Assembly (NCBI GenBank): GCA_039621445.1 | Contig: CP154954.1 | Span: 22,394,954 to 22,458,953 of the forward strand | Reading direction: 5' to 3' | Length of the DNA: 64,000 bases | From: Euglena gracilis | Taxonomy: Eukaryota | Shown here: positions 46,201 to 58,505 of the stretch, in pieces | Layout: the number at the start of each line of letters is the position of its first letter | How positions within the stretch are numbered: position 1 is the first letter of the stretch | The notes under the pieces: generated by a model | The model's input: only the letters and a program-made list of their open reading frames with translations | Database searches by the model: none | What the model was told of the DNA's origin: nothing | Made by a program: the position numbers and the translations under genes

Positions 46201-48949
46201 TTGATTGAATTCAAGATTTCAACAATTTGCAAGAATCAACACAACGGATTTTGAGAATTTCAAGTTGGTGACTTGTTCAAAAAAGTTCAGAGATTTGTTG
46301 AATGATTTTGATGAGACATCGACATTTGATGACATGTCAAGTTGAATCATCACCGTGGATACATCATTTGGAAGCGTAAGAGCTGACCTCCATCGAGCCT
46401 TGGGCCCAATTGCCCAAACAATAGGCAAGACCTGATTCAAACTGGTCAGCTCCCATGGTGCCAGGGGCTGAGTGTCAGTTTTCTTGTTTCCAAGTGGTTG
46501 GACTGGGTTTGCTTTCCCTCTTCCTGTGTAGTCAGAGGGGGGGGGCTGTGTGGAGCCCTGTTTTTTTGTTGGTGTGGATCAAAATCAGTTTTGGCTTTGT
46601 GGTTGGAATTTTTGACTCAGAATTGGATACCCCTGTGAGACGTTTGGGTGGGGACAGGATTGCATCAAATGGTGACCGTGATTGCTTTGGTCATACCCCA
46701 GATATGGCGGGGTTTGATGAAATTTCCATTTTTCTCATTTTTTTCGTCAAATGGGGATTCCAGTTTTGCAGGCAGGAATTTTTAACCAGTGGCCTCCCCT
46801 GGTTGATGGTGGGGGGGGGGGGGGCATTGTGAAGGCCCGTCCTTTGACATGTGTGAGATTTCAGCCGGTTTGGATATTACGGCCCAGGTTTGTGAATTTC
46901 TTTTTTGTTTGGAGGCTGAAGCCAGGTTGTGCCCTCCGGCCTCAGGGGGGGGGGGCAGCGAGAAATCGCTTTGGCTGAGAAAATTGGATTTGAATTTTCA
47001 GTTTTTGAGTTTGCCATGTCATTTGACCCCCAATGCCCCGTGTGATTGGGGGGGGGCAGTGAATTTTAATTGGCAAGCCGAATTGGTTGGTTTCGGCTGT
47101 GAATTGATTGTGCCCAGGGTTGGGCTGGAATGGCCTGGCCCCTATGCCTCGGTATGCTGCTGGACAGTTGCTTCTGTTGGGTTGGTTGCTGTCGGTTGGA
47201 TTTTGTTTGTTCGATGTGGAGGGCTTTTGTAGGCCCTGGGTTGGACTCAGATTTTTTGATTTTTTTGCGGATTTTTTGTTTCTGGAGGATTTTTACACAA
47301 AGGGTTTGAAAAAACCTGGGATTTGATGATTTTTTTTGGTGGACGACAAAACGAGTTGGGATTTTAGAACTCAGTTTTTTGATTCGGTTTGGATTATGAC
47401 TATTGGTCAAAGGCATTTTTTTCATGGAACACAGCTTGGAGGCATCCGAACTCAGGGGGGGGGGGGGACCCTGGACCGGAGATGACCCCTCCTCCGTCCA
47501 AAGGCCCTGGTGTGGGCCAATGAAAAAAAAAACCAGCCATGTGGGCACTAAAGCCCTGTGATATAGTGGCTGAGGGCCATTGTGAAGCCCTGTTCTCTTT
47601 GCATTCAAAAAAAAAAAGTCGCCAGTCATTTTCGGTTGGAAGGCATGACAAGGAAGTGAGCGTGCATACACACAAAACACACAACCACACACGCACACGA
47701 ACCCGCACACCCATTGTACACTATTCCCGCCTTATAACCGCTTGCCCCCTCGTCTCATCACTTTTGCTCACCGTTTGCCTTTTCCTTACCCTTTCTGTCC
47801 CGAATTGGAAAGGAATGCCTGGGTTTCTCTTTTTCTTTCCCCACACAAGTCGTTTTCTGAGGCACTGTTGGCCAAAGTCCCTGATTTTTTTTAAAAAAAG
47901 TCGAAATCGAATGAAGTCTCACACAATGAAAGCTGCCAAAAAAAAAAGAAAGGATTTTGACCAAGGGGGGCAGCGTGGGACTTAGGCCTTGGGGTGGAGT
48001 GCCCAGAGTTTGTTTCGTTTGGAATCGTTTTTCAGATTTTGTGTTCAAAGACCCGTTCCCCATGCTTGTCGGAGGAAAGGGGTGGGGGGGCTTCCCCCGA
48101 AGACCTGATTTTTCAGAGTCCCCCAAGGTGCCCGATATTAGTGCTGGGGGGGGGGGTCCAACTCGTAACGCAGATTTTCAAAAAAAAAAGCGACAGGACC
48201 CGTTACAAAAAAAAAACACAGAATTTTCGCCCCCCACAAAAAAATTAAAAAAAACAGAATTTTCTCTCCCCGTTTTTGCACGGGGGGGGGGGGGAAGAAA
48301 AACGGGTCCGACTAACGTCGCAAGGGAGGGGGTGTCGGCTGCCGCTGGCGTCGGCAGCCAAAAATTTCCCAGAAAATTCCCAAAAACCCCCGGTAGGAAC
48401 CACCAGAGCAAGTCAACCGCCACGCGAGTTGAATTGGAACCCCAGCAAATTTCAAGAAGAATTTGAGAATTCGATTTGAGAATCAGAAAAGAAGAAAAGT
48501 CAATTGAGAATTGAAGAATCAAAAGAATCAATTCAATTATTCCAAGAAATCAAGGCATTGCTTTCCAACTTGTCCCTACCCACCAACAGCAGGTGAACAC
48601 AAGGTACCTGCCCATCCTCTCAGCGAGGTTTGTTTTGTGCTGCTGGTTTGCTCACCTAAGTAGGTGGGTTGGTTTGTCTTTGTTGCTTCAGCTTGCTTTC
48701 AGTTGCAAATTTCAAGTTGGAAAATGGGGAAAAACCAACAATGGTGGCAAAAAAAGATCCTACGCGGGGCAACTGAGGACCCTGGGTCGGGGGGGCACAC
48801 CTCACCCCCTTTACCGCCGGTTGGCATGTTCGAAAATGGGGCCCACTTTCACAAAGGCCCTGGCCTGAGCCCTCCAGGGCCAGAAAAGGGAAGTTGTGGC
48901 CCCAGCCAAAGCAGCCCCCCCGGGCGAGCGGGGTCCCCAACCCCCAACA
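43253..48949 (+). mobile_element. Non-autonomous LTR retroelement (5.7 kb)
   Basis: TG...CA LTRs 43253-43872 and 48333-48949, 4-bp TSD CTGG, PBS-like tggtacgcagagg at 43873, PPT 48322-48332. No RT or IN motifs recognised. Confidence 0.9.
43644..44952 (+). CDS. Frameshifted ORF of the LTR element (acidic, then coiled-coil-like), starting inside the 5' LTR
   Basis: ORFs 43584-44342 and 44269-44952 overlap. First ATG MGKNQQWW. Confidence 0.45.
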
Positions 48950-50974
48950 CTGGGTGGGAGACCATTCCCAAGCCCAGTAAACAGACACGTGAGACACCTG
49001 GAGTCAGACAGTTCAACTTTTGGTTGGGGGGACATAGACCTACAAGCTGGCACCCAGTTGCAAGAGTTTTGGCGAAAAGATTCTCAATTACATATAAATG
49101 TAAAAGAATTGATCGCAGCCATGTCCACTGTAAGGTCTTTGGCCAGAAAGAGGGACACAGTGTCCAACAAAGTGGACACAGTAGACAACAAAGTTTCCTA
49201 CAACTTTCTCCTCAAAGGGGGGGGAAGACTGCCCCACCTGAACAAACTCATCAGACCTTTTCTGAAGTGGTGTGTGGAAATGGACATCACCCTCCAAGTT
49301 CACTGGGCTCCCTCCCAAACCATGAAAAGCGACGCCATCAGTAGATGGCACTTCGACCCAGGGTACTACAGTTTAAACCCTTTCATTTTCAAAAAAGTCG
49401 TGCACATTTTTCAGCTAACCCTAACCCTCTGGACATGTTCTCAGAAATTTATGCACACCCTCCTTGGTCTGTGCTGAGCCAATGGCTCCTGAGATTAAAA
49501 GAACGCAGACATCTAAGATGCCTTCTGATTTGCCCCCTGTGCCTTTCAGCTGTGTGGTGGCGCCTGTTATTAAAGCTACACATTTCACACACACACCAGC
49601 CCTGAGAATTCTGTCTTGCCACCACATGTTCGAGAATTGTCATGGGCAGCCCATCAAAAGGCCAAGGTGGCACCTGGCCTTCATTTTATTGTCAGGAAGT
49701 TGTTACAGAAGCAACAGACCCCCCCCTCAGTAGTTGACAATTTCTTAAGTCACAATCTTTCCTTGGCGAGATATGACTCTGCCTTCAGGCTCCTGGGGGA
49801 TTTTTGACCATGTCCCAGCTGGACCTCAACACCATAAGCCCAGAATTAGTCTCTTCTGGCATCATAAAAATTTTCACCTTCAGTGTGGCCCAGGCCAAGA
49901 ATGCTTATAGTGCTGTGGTCCAGCTTCCTGGTTTTCTGTTAAGGCGTTTACCCCTGTTGCCCCCTACAAACGACAATGGAACACATCCACCCCCAGGTAT
50001 CCTTCTTTTTAGAATCCTGAACCATTACTTCAGAAGTTGGCAGCAGCACCTCCCCCAGAGTGCCTCAGTGATCTGAGGGACAAAGTCATTTTAAGTTTCA
50101 GACTCATCTGTTTTCATCGCTAAGTGGACTTGAGCCGAACCTTCAGGACAGTGTCCCAGGTTGTTGGCAAGATCTTTGTCTAGGCCAGAAGAAAGGGTTG
50201 GAGACAGACTCAGTGGGAGGAAATTCCCCAAATTCCTTCATGCCCCTATATTTGCCCCTGTTTCAAAATGAAGAAATATGTCAGTTTGACTCACTGTGCC
50301 CCCCCGGGGGACATTTATTATTAAGTTTAAAACCTTCATTTACCCCCCTGTCCGCAAAAACCATTGGGAGTTTGAAAAAACGTTTTTGGACACACTCGGG
50401 GTACCCCCCAAGTGGACCCCCCACTCCACAAGGGGGGCAGGAGTGTGCATGTATAAACTGGCAGGTTTGTCCTCTGAGGAAGTGTGCCAAATTGGAAAAT
50501 GGACAAATGTGCAGGCCTTTTCTTCCCATTATTTGCGGTTGGAAGGGGGAAAAATGCGGGGTTGCTGTCCAAAAAATGGTGCACAAATCCTCCCTGGGGC
50601 CTTGTGTGGAGCCGGAGCTGTCTCTGACTCCGGTCAAGAATGATCCAGGAGGAAGAAACGGCGAAGGCGGAGCGCAAGACCACAGTGAGCCCGCCCGGAA
50701 GAGAGCAAAAAAGTCGGCCAGGCCCCCCCCCAAAGAAATTTCAATTCACCCACAGACAGGCCAACCCACCGACGCCAGCCACCGAGAAGTCCGACAGCAT
50801 CTCCGAGTTCACCTACTCCGACCTCCCATCGCACTAAGAAACGCAACAGCCAACACCAAAACGCAAAAAACAACAGCCGGAAAGAAGAGCAGGACCTCAC
50901 TGCTGTCTTGTGCTCCGCCTTCGCTGTCCCTTCCTCCTTGATCATTCTTCCCCGGAGTCCGAAAGACGTGTGTA

Positions 50975-51055
50975 CTCACAAGGTCTTTGTGCTGCGCCCT
51001 CCGTGTCCCTTCCTCCCTTGTCGGTTTTCCTCGAGGGAGTGCGAAAACCCCGGGC
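50975..51055 (+). repeat. DIRS right-end extension, inverted copy of 4440-4515
   Basis: ctcacaaggtctttgtgctgcgccctccgtgtcccttcctccc...cctcgagggagtgcga. Confidence 0.8.
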
Positions 51056-52074
51056 AACAAACAGCATTCGGTCACCGCCCGGAAGTATGACCGGGGGGTC
51101 TCGGTTCAGGTTCAAGGCGGGAAAAAGAGCACAGCAGCAAAAGCGGAGCCCGTGATCAACCAAACAAAACGGAAAACACAAAGCAGGATTTCACCCCCCG
51201 TGTGCCATGCTTTCCGGAAGGAGTGGGTAGTGAGTGGCCTTGCTGTCTTCGCTATAAAATCTCCCAATAAAATACACCAAGCATACCACGACAGTTGATG
51301 TGTGCATGAGGATGGCAAGAACACCACGGACATGAAAACATGGGTGGGAGGGAGGAAAGGCAGGAGGGAGGAGAGATCGCCCACAAATGGCGGCACGACT
51401 GACGGTCACCGGTGACAAAAGCAAGTGCTGGCAAAAACAAATGCCAGGGGGAAGTCAGGGAAGGAAAGGGCATAAAGATACGCCCATACTGTCGTTTGGT
51501 GCGTTCTGGTCCGTGATGACCCTTGTGCGGAGTTGACATTGCAGCGACACCCGAAAAGACAATTGCACACATTGTAATTTCTCTGCGACTGCCTCATGAA
51601 TATGGGATGATGCTGGAAAGATTTGAGGAGGTGTGCCCAAGCCGATACCCAAAACTCACACATATAAACATATATTGCTGTGTTGCATCTTCCCACACAA
51701 AACGGGGTTTTTTTGGGAGCTGGCACCGAAGGCTGTGGAGCAACTGTTTCTGTGTGTCAAGATGGAGAATTTTGATGCAGATATTTTGAAGCTTGTTTCA
51801 TGGGCGATCCAACGCACAAAGTTTCAGAGCCCGACCCCTCAGGGTTCTGGGTTTGTGGGCTATTTATTTCCGGATTTGTGGCTATGTGGATTTGTGGATA
51901 TTTATTAACACCATTCCAAAATCCATGTTTTCCAAAATTGTGGCTTGTCGCGTGTGGAGCACTTTTGAGGGGCTTATATCTCAGGAGGAGGGGGAATTGA
52001 AGGAAATGAGTGGAGACCTTTTTTGATGGGTATTTCACAGGCTTCAATATGGCACATGTCCGGCCCACGCTTTT

Positions 52075-53175
52075 GCGGACCCCGGGGGGGGTACTGGCTA
52101 GCCAATCGGCTAGACACTGGCAAAAATGGACTAGCTAGGACCCCCCCTCCCCCCCGGGCAGTCACCTATGGTCACTTCCCATTTGGTGTTCTGGTCGGCC
52201 CTGGTCGGCCCTGGTCGGCCCTGGTCGGCAAATAGTCGGCCATAGGTGGGGGTATCCTTCACAGAAAAAATGGATGCAATGATTTTCTGAATTGTCTCGC
52301 CAAGATCAAAAGGAAGTGCCCCATGAGGCCTCCATTGGCTCCCCAAAAGCAACCAAAATGACCTAAAATGGCTTGAAATAACCAAAAATTACCCAAAAAC
52401 GCCAACAAAATCCACAAAAGATTGTGAAAAGTGACCCAAAATTACCAAAAGGGCGCAAAATGGCCAAAATGCCATAAAAAAATGCTCAGATTGACCCAAA
52501 GTAGTACAATATTTGCCAAATCAGTGACAAATAGCCCCCAAATTAGCAAAAACTGATCCATAACGGCCAAAATGGGTGTAAAACTGCAGATTTGTGAGAA
52601 AATTTTCCAAAAATGGGTTAGTTCTTCAAAATATACAAAAAAAATGCCAGCATCACCCTGCATCGCCCAGCATCATCAGAGGTGCTTGTTCCAGAGGGAA
52701 AGCTGCCGAATTCCTTCATCCATTCCCCTTCGGTCGGCCAACCACATGCAAGTCGGCCCTGGTCGGCCCTGGTCGGCCCTGGTCAGCCCTGGTCAGAACC
52801 CCCACCTACGGGGGTTCTGAAAATCATAGTCGGCCCTGGTCCGCCCTGGTCGGCCCTGGTCGGCCGCAGGTGCCTGCCCCCGGGGGGGGGGGGGGGTCCG
52901 GGGGCCCCCCCCAACTGGAAAAAAAAATTTCCTCCGGCGCTGCGCGCCAAGGTAAAATGAGGTTTTTAAGAGGGTTTTGGCTGATTTTGTTCCAAAAATT
53001 CCCAAAAAATGGCCAAAAACGGGCAATATTAGAAGTATTTGGGGGTCTCAAAATAAATTTCCGGCGCTTTGCGCCGGTCACTGGAAATTTTTTTCCACTA
53101 GATAGCCCTGCTAGCAGACCCCCCCCCCCCCGGGTCTGCTAGAAATCCCACTGGCCAAATTTGGACTAGCTGCAA
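52075..53175 (-). mobile_element. Relative of the 629-1022 MITE, split by a nested MITE
   Basis: 52081-52158 and 52877-53172 are reverse complements of about 670-1005. Confidence 0.8.
52151..52884. mobile_element. hAT-like MITE (52159-52876) with 8-bp TSD
   Basis: cagtcacct.../...aggtgcctg ends, TSD cccccggg x2, subterminal (ggtcggccct)n repeats. Confidence 0.85.
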
Positions 53176-53209
53176 CAGGGGGGGAAATGCGCTGGATGGC
53201 CCTCGGAAA

Positions 53210-53698
53210 AAATGCGCAAAAATGCGCAAAAAAATGCGCAAAAAATGCGCTGAGTTTGTGACATTCCTAAGGGAAAAAGGACTTAGACAAATTTCCAACA
53301 GTAAACCCAAAATTAAACCAAAATCACCAAAAAGAGCTGAAATGAAGGCATTTTGGCCCAAAAAAAATGTGAAAATGGGTTCGTTGGTTACAGAAATGGG
53401 TCAGTTGAGCGTGGGCAAAATTCGGTGAGCATGTGATTTGGGTGGAAAATGTGCAAAAATGGCAAAATGTGCAAAATTGGGCAAAAAAGGCGCAAAAAAG
53501 GCGCAAAAATTGAAAATGTGCAAAATTGGGCCAAAAATGTGCAAAAAAGGCGCAAAAATTGAAAATGTGCAAAATTGGGCAAAAAATGGGCAAAAAAATG
53601 CGCAAAAAATGGACAATGTGCAAAAATGGGGGGGAAATTGCAAAGACAGATAGACAGACAGACAGATAGACAGATAGACAGACAGACAGACAGACAGA
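53210..53698. repeat. aaaatg(t/c)gcaaaa-type repeats followed by (GACA/GATA)n
   Basis: Directly visible. Confidence 0.8.
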
Positions 53699-53712
53699 GT
53701 TGCCCTGTTCGA

Positions 53713-53870
53713 AGACGCTTCAGGACGTTGTTATCCCTCAAGGGCGGCGAGTGGCGCCGCCAACGGTCCCTCGGGGCGCCGGCCCCCACGAGGGCCCCCA
53801 CGCACCGCTGCACCCGCCGTGCCAGCGCCAGCGTCTCGCCCTCCCGCCGCGCCACGCCGATCACCCATAG
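53713..53870 (+). CDS. Candidate terminal exon of a + strand host gene (possibly gene A)
   Basis: GC3-rich TLQDVVIPQGRRVAPPTVP...HADHP*, preceded by CTGttcga|. Strand and frame uncertain. Confidence 0.35.
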
Positions 53871-54201
53871 CTCACTTTTTGCCCTCCTTTTTCTACTTCA
53901 AAAGATTTCAGGAGTACAACCCCCCAAATAACACCGTCCCTTGGGCCAGGACTTCGGGCGAAAAATGACACCCGGGACCACCCCACAAAAAACCAACACT
54001 TGAACTTGTCATTTCCATGTAATTGGTTCGAACTGCAGATTCTTTGGGAGATGGTCTCCAGAAGTTGGTCACTACCTGACAACGCAAATGATGGCCAAAT
54101 GAAACAGCAACTGCCCAGCCATCCCCAAAACCCAAGTGCCTCCGGAAATGCTGGGGGTGTGACTGCTGTCACTCACGATGTTGCGCGCTCCGCAGCCGCC
54201 G

Positions 54202-54406
54202 TCAGGGCTCGCCCCTCTCCTCCGCGGCCCTCCCCACGGGGGTCCGGCCCCGCGCCTCCAGCTGGATGGCGGCGGCCAGCTGGTGCTTCCGCACGCGCAG
54301 GTCGCTGTCCAGCAGCCGCTGCCGCATGTGGCCCTCCGCATAGCCCTTCGACCACTGCGTGAAGGCGTCGAGCCGGGTCACCATCAGGCGCTCCGCGAAG
54401 GACGGC
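54202..54406 (-). CDS. rbcX: RbcX Rubisco assembly chaperone, last exon
   Basis: cgcag|G PSFAERLMVTRLDAFTQWSK..., matching the plant RbcX pattern LAERVMITRLHL..W. TGA at 54202. Confidence 0.88.
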
Positions 54407-54656
54407 CTGCGGAGGTAAGGACGTCACACACACAGCCCGGGGGCGTGGGGCTGGGTGGAGCGTCCGCCTCGTGGCGGGATTGCGACACAGTGACGAAGCA
54501 GAACGACGCCGCCAAGAGCACTCGTGCTAACGCAAAATAGACCTCGACTCTTCGAGTTCGCATCATTACAAAAAATTGATGACCACCACAACAAAAGGCA
54601 TGATGTTTCAGCCGGTGAGCACTTTGGCCAATCTCATGTTTCCCATTTTCCTTCTC

Positions 54657-55287
54657 CTGGGGAGCAGGCACCTATGGTCAGGGCCAAATTTTTTTCCGCG
54701 GTCGGCTGCGGTCGGCAGCGGGTTGGCTGCGGTCAGCACTTATTTGCCCACTCTTGGATGACAAAACCACCGATGACAAAAGAAAAGAACACGTGGTTAC
54801 TCCCAAAATGCAATACCATGAGGGACAACACAATCTTCTCCGGCGTCCGACCACCGGTCAGGCGCTAACGTTGTAGAGACGCCGATTCATTTTCACAAAC
54901 AAAAGGGCGTCAAGGGTGCCATTAGACATGTTGAGACAGTCATCAGTTTGGATGATTTCGCGCCATCGCTTGTCAAAGAGAACACAGAACAAAGAACTAG
55001 CAATAAACTCCTTAATGGCAATCCGCATCTGCAATGCCATGAAAGACTGAAACATCAAACCTCTCAAAGGAGAAAATCCAATCATTGTGTGGCAATGCTT
55101 GCCCAGAAAAGCATCAACTTCACAAGCCCTTGCATAAAAAACAATCCACTTACTCATTGTCATGTGACAATAAATGTGGACTTGGGGGAAAAAATCTGCG
55201 GTCGGCTGCGGCACCCTACCTATGACAGTCACCAAAGCCGCGGTCGGCTGCGGTCGGCTGCGGTCGGCATAGGTGCTTGCTGGGGAG
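54657..55287. mobile_element. hAT-like MITE (54665-55279) with 8-bp TSD, in an rbcX intron
   Basis: TIR caggcacctatg/cataggtgcttg, TSD ctggggag x2, (gcggtcggct)n subterminal repeats. Confidence 0.88.
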
Positions 55288-55414
55288 TATCAGGAAGCCG
55301 ACTGGAACTTCTGGTCGCGCGATCCATCCCAAGGAGCTGACACAAGCACTGGGAAGAGAACGGGACAGCATCGAGATGACTTTTGGGATGATTGCCGCTC
55401 AAGGGGAAAGCCAC

Positions 55415-55546
55415 CGGGTGGTGCTCAGCTTCTTCAGGAAACCCTCGGAGTCGGTCATGGAGTTCTCGAGGCAGAAGTGCCGGAACCACATGTAGTCCGC
55501 CTTCATGGGGCTGAGGTCCGTTTCCACCAGCTGGGTCAGCACGATC
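55415..55546 (-). CDS. rbcX: RbcX exon (IVLTQLVET...YMWFRHF...DSEGFLKKL)
   Basis: AG/GT borders in phase. RbcX core helices. Confidence 0.9.
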
Positions 55547-55621
55547 CTGGGGACCCACACCATGGGTGCCGACCGAACCCGACTCGGCAACAACCCCCTT
55601 CCCCCCCAATCAAATCACACA

Positions 55622-55691
55622 TTTTGGGTTCAATACCCAAACCCCAACGATCAACCCAATGATCGTTGGGGTTTGGGTATTGAACCCAAAA
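55622..55691. repeat. Perfect 32-bp-stem hairpin
   Basis: 55622-55653 is the exact reverse complement of 55660-55691. Confidence 0.95.
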
Positions 55692-56149
55692 AAGGGGGAC
55701 TCGCCTCAGAAAGGGTCCGGCATCCCGGTTAAACCCCAAAGATGGGGCGACGGCACTGCTGAGCGACCAGCTGCAGAAGGCCCAACGTGCAAGGGTCTGA
55801 GAAAGACCTCCCTGGTGCCTTTCGGGAACAGAAAGGAACAGAAAGCATTTGCAGAAAGGGCGGGGGGATCTGAAGCACCCTCAACCCTCAACGGCGATAT
55901 TATTCCTGTCCTGCATCGTGCCACGGGGGCATCAAGGCGCTTTCTGAGGTTGGGCCGAGGGAGGGGTAGATCAAATTGGTTCCAACAAAATTGGTGGCTG
56001 AAAAAAGGACAAAATCCTTTAAAAAGCCCCAAACTTTTGGCGAGTTCCTAAACTTCCAATGAACTACTTCTTCAGAAAGATTCATGAAAATACCCGTATA
56101 TGACGTCTTTTGCTGGAAACCAACATCCTTTGCATGGAGATCTGAATTA

Positions 56150-56670
56150 CTTGTACCCGCCCCCCCCCCCCCTTGTCGTACGACCGGGTTCCTGCAACCT
56201 GCGACCGGGAGGGGTGGTCGTAACACCCCCATAACCTGCAACCTGCGACCTGAAGAGTGGCCATGTAGGTTTTACTCCTGGGTGGGGGTTATTATTTGGA
56301 TTGTTGCGTTGAACCACCTTATGGAAATTCTTTTTCTGTTAAATGACCTTCTTCGCCCGCTTTCGGTTAAGCTGAATATTTTCCATTTTCCTTCATATCA
56401 AAATCAATTATTTTTGTGAATTTGTGGAGCTTCTTTAGTAAATATGAGAAGCTTAGGTAAGCTTCGTGAAATTTAGATAGTGAAATTGTGAAGTTTTTGT
56501 AGTAGTGGACATGATGATCATGCTGATGGCTACCTTACCTGCCCCCCCCCCCCTGTCGTACGGACCACCCTTCATTTACGACCCCCCCCGGTTGCAGGTT
56601 GCAGGTTGCGAAAATTCTAACACCACCTTACCTACGACCGCCCCCTCATTTACGACCCCCCCCCCCCGGA
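56150..56670. repeat. Intronic MITE-like repeat (gtcgtacg / caacctgc motifs, direct and inverted)
   Basis: Internal direct and inverted repeats. No clear TSD. Confidence 0.45.
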
Positions 56671-56708
56671 GTCTCATCAATATGGGGATATTGTTGCCGT
56701 GTCCGCAC

Positions 56709-56817
56709 CTTGCTGCCTTGTAGGTCAGGTAATTCATCAGGTGGTTCTCCACGTCTGTGCAATCCTGATCACTCATCCGCTTTGGCGGGGCCTCACTCCC
56801 AGACCTCTCCTTCTCAG
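56709..56817 (-). CDS. rbcX: RbcX exon (...DVENHLMNYLTYKAAR)
   Basis: YLTYKA signature, donor AG|gtgcgg. Confidence 0.88.
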
Positions 56818-57172
56818 CTGATAGGACAGAGAATACAACTGGTCACCAGGCACCTGTAGGTTCAGTGTCAACACCCGTATGACTGAAATATATTTGCATT
56901 CGAAAATTTGAACCTGGGGTGAATTGGGGGGGGGGTACTTTGCTCGAGCCTCAAACGGCCGGAAAAAACGGGAAATAAAGGCCAAGATTGCAAGGTAGGG
57001 TAGGAGGTCATTATGTTCGATGTGAGAGCCAAATCATGCAACGCATCAAACTCGCCACGAGAACAAGAGGCTGTAATCCCTTGGATCAGGTGCAAAAAAT
57101 GAACGTTGGAAACGTCCGCTTCCCAAAAGGCGGCGGTAACCTCCAACGGTGCTGTGAGGAAGGGGCACACAC

Positions 57173-57287
57173 GGTAGCCCGACGTGCTGGCCATCGCCAT
57201 GGGGGCAGGCAGTGGGGCGAGGTCCCGCCCCTTTGGGCCCACCACGAGGCGGAGCGCGGCCAGCAGGCCCATCGCCACCACCACGGC
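57173..57287 (-). CDS. rbcX: RbcX presequence exon (stop-transfer end and AMASTSG)
   Basis: Polypyrimidine-cag|GCC, donor C|gtgtgt, in phase. Confidence 0.8.
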
Positions 57288-58429
57288 CTGCGAAAGGAAG
57301 AGGGAGGGTGGCTGCGTGGAGGCGCCCCTCCGCACTGAGATTGGACGGGAAAGCCTGGTTGGGAATTGCTCGCAGCGAGGGAATTCCTTGAGCACCCCCT
57401 GGGGGGTCCAGACAGCCGGCGGGGGAAAAGTTCCGGTTGGATGAAGGGTGATGGGTGGACCCCCCCCTTCGGGGAGGGGGTCCAGGGGGTGGGTCCTACT
57501 CGGCTGCTGGGCTGGACCTGACTGGAACCTGAAAGCAGGAAGAAGCCCAGATCCAGCCGGGATACATTTTTGACAGCCAAGCTTTTGGGGTAACCCCCCC
57601 AAACCCTCAAAAAGGCCATTTTTGGCACCACTTTTGAACTTTTTTTTTTGCGAAATTCTCGGCGCTTTGTGCCGAAAAATCTTTCGGCTCAGCCCAGCAA
57701 AGCAGGGCTGTGAAAACTTTATTACCACTGGACCCCTGGGGGGTTCCACAGCCCAGTTGGGAGCTGCTGGAGAAAAAGTGTTGGCTGGCTGGCTGGAACC
57801 CCCCCACAGGCAGGGCGTTATGTGAGTGGGGGGGGGGGTGGCCTGGACCCCCCTCCCCCCGAGCAAAAAATCGTCGGTGTGAAGCGCCAGAAAAATTTTC
57901 GTGCCTTGAAAGGCGCCAAAGTTGCGTTTTTGCACGCCTTTTGAAAAATCGGCCAAAACATTCACCAAAAGTTTCATCCATTCCGGCACCAAACGCCGGA
58001 GAATTTTTTGATTTCCAGGGGGGGGGGTCCAGAGGTCCTCCGTCGGAAGGGGGGAGGGGGTGTGGTCTGACCCCCTACTCCCCCCTGTCTACCACCGATT
58101 TCTGTGAAGTTGAATTATCCCATCATTAAATTTTCCAAAAAAGAATTTTTCCCATCATTTTTCCCCGTCAATTTTTTCCCTATCATTTTATTTTGTGTTA
58201 TTTGTCCGTGCTGTACTCATCCAAACTATCTGCCATATGCAACTTTGAAGAAAAATATCCCACCGTCGTCCATGGAACATGAAAAGGTATGAAACATGGA
58301 AATGGTTTACCACATCGGCGCCTCCGAAAAAATAGGAAGGGGTGAGGGGCAGACACCACAATGTCAAAATGCGAAAACCGCGACCACTCCCAAACTTTGA
58401 ATGTGACGACGGCAGTCGGGATGGCGCAC

Positions 58430-58505
58430 CAAGGAGAAAGAGCCAAGGCGGTAGGTGATGTCCGCGAAGAAAGCATGGGCGGGGGAACCGGTGCCGTCCC
58501 CAGTG
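58430..58505 (-). CDS. rbcX: RbcX presequence exon
   Basis: tgcag|C ... TTG|gtgcg, in phase on both sides. Confidence 0.7.

Larger units (their letters stand above)
40803..50962 (+). mobile_element. Degenerate full-length DIRS element 'D', interrupted by an LTR element
   Basis: Left ITR 40803-40930, gag about 41030-42300, RT 42500-43252 (KVDLKDAYFH, YLDN) resuming at 48954 (SDSS, HINVKEL), MT YAHPPW, YR HSTRG/HY, ICR about 50595-50690, right ITR and extension 50830-50962. Confidence 0.88.

Noticed and set aside
56868-57992. 374-aa ORF
   Set aside because: Only 57173-57287 is exon-like. The rest is intronic repeat sequence.
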